Below are positions 59,571 through 64,000 of a stretch of 64,000 nt of DNA, one piece after another (within the stretch, counting starts at the first letter, position 1; each line of letters begins with the position of its first letter). The stretch is taken from NCBI GenBank assembly GCA_010093995.1, contig ML992508.1, positions 1,343,274-1,407,273 of the forward strand, given 5' to 3'. The position numbers were made by a program, and so were the translations under genes. Below the pieces are notes generated by a model, which worked only from the letters and a program-made list of their open reading frames with translations, had not been told where the DNA came from and did not search any database. The stretch comes from Elsinoe ampelina. Taxonomy: Eukaryota.

Positions 59571-62249
59571 ATGATGCTCTTCTTGTCACCGCGATTGCCT
59601 CGGCTATTGGCCGCCTGTGCCGTACTGACCAATGTCGCTAGAGGTGCGGCCGTCTCAGTTCCAGCTGGACGCGAAAGAATAAGCATCAATGCCGATTGGA
59701 AGTTCTGGCGCTCCGAAACAAACCCAGATGGTATCATCTACGATCAACGCCCTGACCTGGCAAACCTTGGGAACGTCACAATCCTGAAGCCATGGATCTT
59801 GCCATCCGGCAACGACTTCATAGCCGACCCAGCTAAGCGCTACGAACGCCCACCAGGTAACCCAGGCGGCAACCTTAGCTATGTGCAGGCTTCTTTTGAT
59901 GACAGTTCTTGGGAGTCGGTCACTCTACCCCATGACTGGGCTATCAAAGGTCCCTTTTACGTCGGAGATCCAGTACCTGTTGGTGGAGGTATGGGCCGTC
60001 TGCCAGTTCAAGGTGTTGGATGGTACCGTCGGACCCTGACCAAGACTGCTGAAGATGACGGAAGATCCATCTATCTCGACATCGATGGTGCCATGTCCTA
60101 TGCCATGGTGTGGTTGAACGGCAATCTGGCAGGAGGCTGGCCATACGGATACAACTCCTTCCGTCTCGATCTTACACCATATCTGCAGATTGGCGACAAC
60201 AACCAGCTGGCCATCCGACTTGACAACCCCGTCGAGTCAGCCCGATGGTATCCCGGTGCTGGGTTGTACCGTAGTGTCTGGTTGTCCAAGGTCGACCCAG
60301 TCCACGTCGGGCAATGGGGGACGACGGTCACCACCAGAGACGTATCATCAGAATCTGCGACCATCGATTTGATCGTGGAAGTACAGAACACCGCCGATAT
60401 TGACAGGACCGTCGATGCCGTCACTGAGGTCTACATCTACAATGCCGAAACTGGTCAGCCTACGGACAAGGTTGGAGACTTCCCCCGCTCGTCTGTCAGC
60501 ATACTCGCCGGAAGCAAGACTGCATCGAACACTACCACGACGATTGAGAATCCTCGGCTGTGGGGACCAGTCCCACAACAAGAGCCCAACCAGTATGTCG
60601 CTGTGACAAAGCTGTTATCTGGAGACCGAGAGATTGATACCTATTCAACACGATTCGGTATCAGGTCTCTCGTCTTCGACCCCGATAACGGATTGCAAGT
60701 CAACGGGCAGCGAATCCAACTTCAAGGTGTCAACGAGCACCACGATCTCGGTGCTATCGGTGCCGCATTCAACGTCAGGGCAGCTGAACGCAAGCTCGAA
60801 ATCCTTCGTGACATGGGCGTCAACGGCATCCGCATGGCCCACAACCCTCCCGCCACCGAACTCCTCGAACTTACCGACCGCATGGGCTTCCTCGTCATCG
60901 ACGAAATATTCGACTCCTGGGAACGCAACAAGACCGCCAACGACTTCTACCTCATCTTCCCCGACTGGCACGAACAAGACCTCCGCGCCTTCATCCGCCG
61001 CGACCGCAACCACCCCTCCATCATCTCCTGGTCCTACGGCAACGAAGTCGGCGAGCAACAAACCGGGGCCCCCGGCGCCGCGCTCTCCTCCGCCCTCAAA
61101 ACCATCCTCCACTCCGAAGACGCCACCCGCCCGGCTTCCGCCTCCATGAACTTCGCCATGCCCAACATGACCTTCCCCACCACCGTCGACATCATCAACC
61201 TCAACTACCAAGGCTCCGGCATCCGCGACACGAACCCCTACTCCAACCTCGCCGGCATAATCCGCTCCCCGCAATACCCGGCCTTCCACTCCGCCTTCCC
61301 CTCCAAACTCATCCTCTCCTCCGAAACCGCCTCCACCCTCTCCACGCGCGGCACCTTCCTCTTCCCCGTGACCCCCGCCCTCTCGGCCCCCGCCAACGCC
61401 TCCTCAGGCGAAAACACCACCGCCCAGACCGTCTCGTCCCACGACCTGTACACGGCCGCCTTCGGCTCTTCCCCGGACAAAGTCTTCCTGCGCCAGGACG
61501 CCGCCGCGCCCTACGTCGCCGGCGAGTTCGTCTGGACAGGCTTCGACTACCTCGGGGAGCCCACGCCTTTCTACACCGCCAGGTCGAGCTACTCGGGCAT
61601 CGTGGATCTGGCGGGCTTCCCGAAGGATAGGTTCTACCTGTACCAGGCGCGGTGGAGGCCGGGGTTGCGGTTCGCGCATGTGCTCCCCCATTGGAACTGG
61701 AGGGGGAGGAGGGAGGGGCTGGTCACGCCGGTTCATGTGTATAGCAGTGCGGATGAGGCCGAGGTGTGGGTTAATGGCGTGAGTCAGGGGAGGCAGAGGA
61801 AGGCGGAGGGCGTGTATCGGTTTAGGTTCGATGAGGTGGTGTATGTGCCTGGGCAAGTGAGGGTTCAGACGTGGAAGGGAGGGGAGGAGTGGGCGGATGC
61901 AGTGGTGGAGACGACGGGGGAGGCGAGGGGGTTGAGGGTGGGCGTGGACCGGGAGGAGATCAAGGGGGATGGAGTGGATTTGGGGTATGTTACTGTCGAG
62001 GTGGTGGATGAGGAGGGGAGGAGGGTGCCGGATGCTGGGGGAGAGGTGACGTTTGAGGTGGAGGGCGGGGAGTTGGTGGCGACTGATAATGGGGATCCGG
62101 CGGATTTGAGAGCGTTTCCGGAGAAGACGAGGAATGCGTATTCCGGGTTGGTGTTGGGAATTGTGAGGAGTGGGGAGAAGGGGATGGTGAAGGTGAGGGT
62201 AAATGCGCCTGGTCTGGAGGGGGCGGAGGTAGACATTACAGCGACTTGA
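59571..62249 (+). CDS. Secreted glycoside hydrolase family 2 (beta-galactosidase-like), intronless
   Basis: Signal peptide, VTLPHDWAI, GWYRR, RWYPGAGLYR, GVNEHHDLGA, RMAHNPP, RDRNHPSIISWSYGNE and WTGFDYLGEP. Confidence 0.95.
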   Translation: MMLFLSPRLPRLLAACAVLTNVARGAAVSVPAGRERISINADWKFWRSETNPDGIIYDQRPDLANLGNVTILKPWILPSGNDFIADPAKRYERPPGNPGGNLSYVQASFDDSSWESVTLPHDWAIKGPFYVGDPVPVGGGMGRLPVQGVGWYRRTLTKTAEDDGRSIYLDIDGAMSYAMVWLNGNLAGGWPYGYNSFRLDLTPYLQIGDNNQLAIRLDNPVESARWYPGAGLYRSVWLSKVDPVHVGQWGTTVTTRDVSSESATIDLIVEVQNTADIDRTVDAVTEVYIYNAETGQPTDKVGDFPRSSVSILAGSKTASNTTTTIENPRLWGPVPQQEPNQYVAVTKLLSGDREIDTYSTRFGIRSLVFDPDNGLQVNGQRIQLQGVNEHHDLGAIGAAFNVRAAERKLEILRDMGVNGIRMAHNPPATELLELTDRMGFLVIDEIFDSWERNKTANDFYLIFPDWHEQDLRAFIRRDRNHPSIISWSYGNEVGEQQTGAPGAALSSALKTILHSEDATRPASASMNFAMPNMTFPTTVDIINLNYQGSGIRDTNPYSNLAGIIRSPQYPAFHSAFPSKLILSSETASTLSTRGTFLFPVTPALSAPANASSGENTTAQTVSSHDLYTAAFGSSPDKVFLRQDAAAPYVAGEFVWTGFDYLGEPTPFYTARSSYSGIVDLAGFPKDRFYLYQARWRPGLRFAHVLPHWNWRGRREGLVTPVHVYSSADEAEVWVNGVSQGRQRKAEGVYRFRFDEVVYVPGQVRVQTWKGGEEWADAVVETTGEARGLRVGVDREEIKGDGVDLGYVTVEVVDEEGRRVPDAGGEVTFEVEGGELVATDNGDPADLRAFPEKTRNAYSGLVLGIVRSGEKGMVKVRVNAPGLEGAEVDITAT

Positions 62250-62469
62250 TGAGGGATACTTTGCTGAGGACGACTTACGCAGGTGATGAGGAGAGAAGCA
62301 TGCTAGCTTGCATTCATGAGCTCGTGATTTCCAAGGTTACATTACTATACAGTGTGAGATCGACAGAGATGATCTGCCATCTATCATCGACCGTTGAGAA
62401 GAGTGCCAGATATGCTGTTTAAGCTCCCACGCTATGCACTTCAAGTGCCACCTTTCCATCTGCATCCCA

Positions 62470-64000
62470 TTATTGGGGCATCCCATTCATGCCTCCCATA
62501 CCATTTCCTTGAAAATCGTAGATAGTCCCGCTTCCCATGCCAACATTCATGTTGGGGCCCATCATGCCTGCGTCGCTCCAATCCCACTCCAGTGTCATTG
62601 GCATCTGCCAGAGGTCCTGAGGTACGAAAGGCTGTTGGAACGTGTTGCCATTCGTCATGGCGGAGATGTCAGCATCGCTGAACTGAGGTATGCCAACTGC
62701 AGCGGGCTGGGAAGTCGGCATGGTCTGTACAAAGTCTGCACTGTGCGGATAGAAGCCGTTCGAAGAAACTTGTTCGTTGATCCAAGGGCCTGGTGATAGT
62801 GGACTTGATGTAGTAGAGAAGCCCGGAGTGGGAGCTGTCAGATGATTCGGATCGGCTTGTGGTTGCGACATGGCTCTCGCAGCTTGTTGAGCCTGGACTG
62901 ATGGTCGACCAGGATCGGATCCCGGAGAGGCGTGATTCATTGCGGCCGCCATGGCACCACCGGAAATGCTCGCAGCACGAAGCGATGGCGTTGACACCGG
63001 CTTTCTGTACGAAGCTTGAGCTTCAATTTGCTGCTCGATGATCGTCTTCTGTGGCGTCTCCATATCCTCCTTGTGGCCGCGCTTGTTCCTGCCGCGGATT
63101 TCGCGTTCGGCCTTCTCGAGTGCCATTCTTGATATGCGTTCGAATTCAACACAAATACTGAGCATACGTCTGACATGCCCGTGCGACTCTTCGGCAGCCA
63201 ACATGGTCAAGAATTCGACGACTGAGCTCATTAGACGGACGTCGGATCGAGCCCGAACATCTTGAGGATTTTGAAGTACGTTGGCGAAAAGCGTCACCAG
63301 CGCTGAGATGGGGTAGTAGAGGACAAGCCTGGATTCTGTCAGTGGATGATTGCAAGAAGACTTGAGAATGTTGCTTACCAGACACACGCGTGATCTCCCT
63401 GAGGCACATATTTGATCAGGGAGATGGAAGTCCTAGCAGCATTGACACAGAGCGCTGCGGACATGAATACGCGCGGGTTCAAAGGTCGAGCATTGAGACC
63501 AGCGATGGCAAAGTCAGACAATCTTGAAGTCCAGTAGCCATGGTGAACGGCCATTCGATGTATAGTAGTCAAGCAATTGTAATATGCAAAGTGTATGCAT
63601 ACAATGTGCAGGACCAGCGGCGCATGCTGAGCTTTGATCTCGTTGTCTGGTCGGTACTCTGGAGGTATCGAGTCTTTCCAGGCTTCGAGCTCATTGTCAA
63701 GCTCGCCAATCGTGTTGAGGAGTTCACCATCTGTCTGCTTTGATGCCTTGACCGAGTACAATTGCTTGTACACTCTTGATTGTATCATGGCAAACTCGGC
63801 CATGAGACGGAAGAGGTTGAATTTGCCACTAGGATTTGATGATGGCACATTTCCTATGTTATCAGGTGGATCTTCGCTGGGAAGCTCAACATTCATGTCG
63901 TCATCATCTTGGGTAGGTGGTCTGCCGGAGCGCAGGGCCATGCTGGGATGTATTAGCGACCGTCGGTGACCTCGCCTAGGGAGTCTCACTCTTTGTCAAG
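62470..64000 (-). CDS. 3' part of a Fungal_trans-domain (Zn2Cys6-type) transcription factor, AtrR-like; 5' end beyond the window
   Basis: [51 protein letters not shown] and [20 protein letters not shown]. The AtrR resemblance is from memory only. Confidence 0.8.

Noticed and set aside
47062..62249. Possible plant-degradation or secondary-metabolite gene cluster (dehydratase, TF, reductase, cutinase, GH2)
   Set aside because: No backbone synthase, the genes belong to unrelated pathways and are interspersed with con-6 and a hypothetical gene; co-location alone is not evidence.
1..64000. tRNA, rRNA, snRNA genes, riboswitches or CRISPR arrays
   Set aside because: None recognised by eye; tRNAscan-SE and Infernal would be needed to exclude them.

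Overview
Eukaryotic DNA from a filamentous ascomycete (Pezizomycotina, plausibly a Dothideomycete; species not determinable here). It has short GT-AG introns of about 48-54 nt with CTRAC branchpoints and clear RIP signatures. Positions 1-3914 are a RIP-devastated Ty1/copia LTR retrotransposon on the minus strand, with an N gap at 2183-2438. Its nearly unmutated 5' LTR ends 129 bp upstream of the MSL5/BBP start codon. The rest is gene-dense, with about 23 protein-coding genes: MSL5, a secreted G1-peptidase-like protein, SEC39, an MFS sugar transporter, EED, a PAS protein, PFF1, an ASG1-like TF, a BAG protein, RPL16, an acyl-CoA synthetase, MOT1, AKR1, MRP21, SNU71-like, L-galactonate dehydratase, a Zn2Cys6 TF, a hypothetical protein, a ferric reductase, a cutinase, con-6-like, a GH2 enzyme and a partial AtrR-like TF. 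Four signals stand out. (1) MSL5 intron 2 is packed with branchpoint motifs, decoy 3' splice sites and a long hairpin, suggesting autoregulated splicing. (2) A 516-bp TIR element that is almost entirely a fold-back palindrome sits in the divergent promoter upstream of SEC39. (3) Sharp C-rich-to-G-rich strand-skew switches recur every few kb, ignore gene orientation and appear to bias protein composition. (4) The copia LTR has escaped RIP where it abuts the MSL5 promoter. Gene names come from recognising motifs by eye; no database searches were run.
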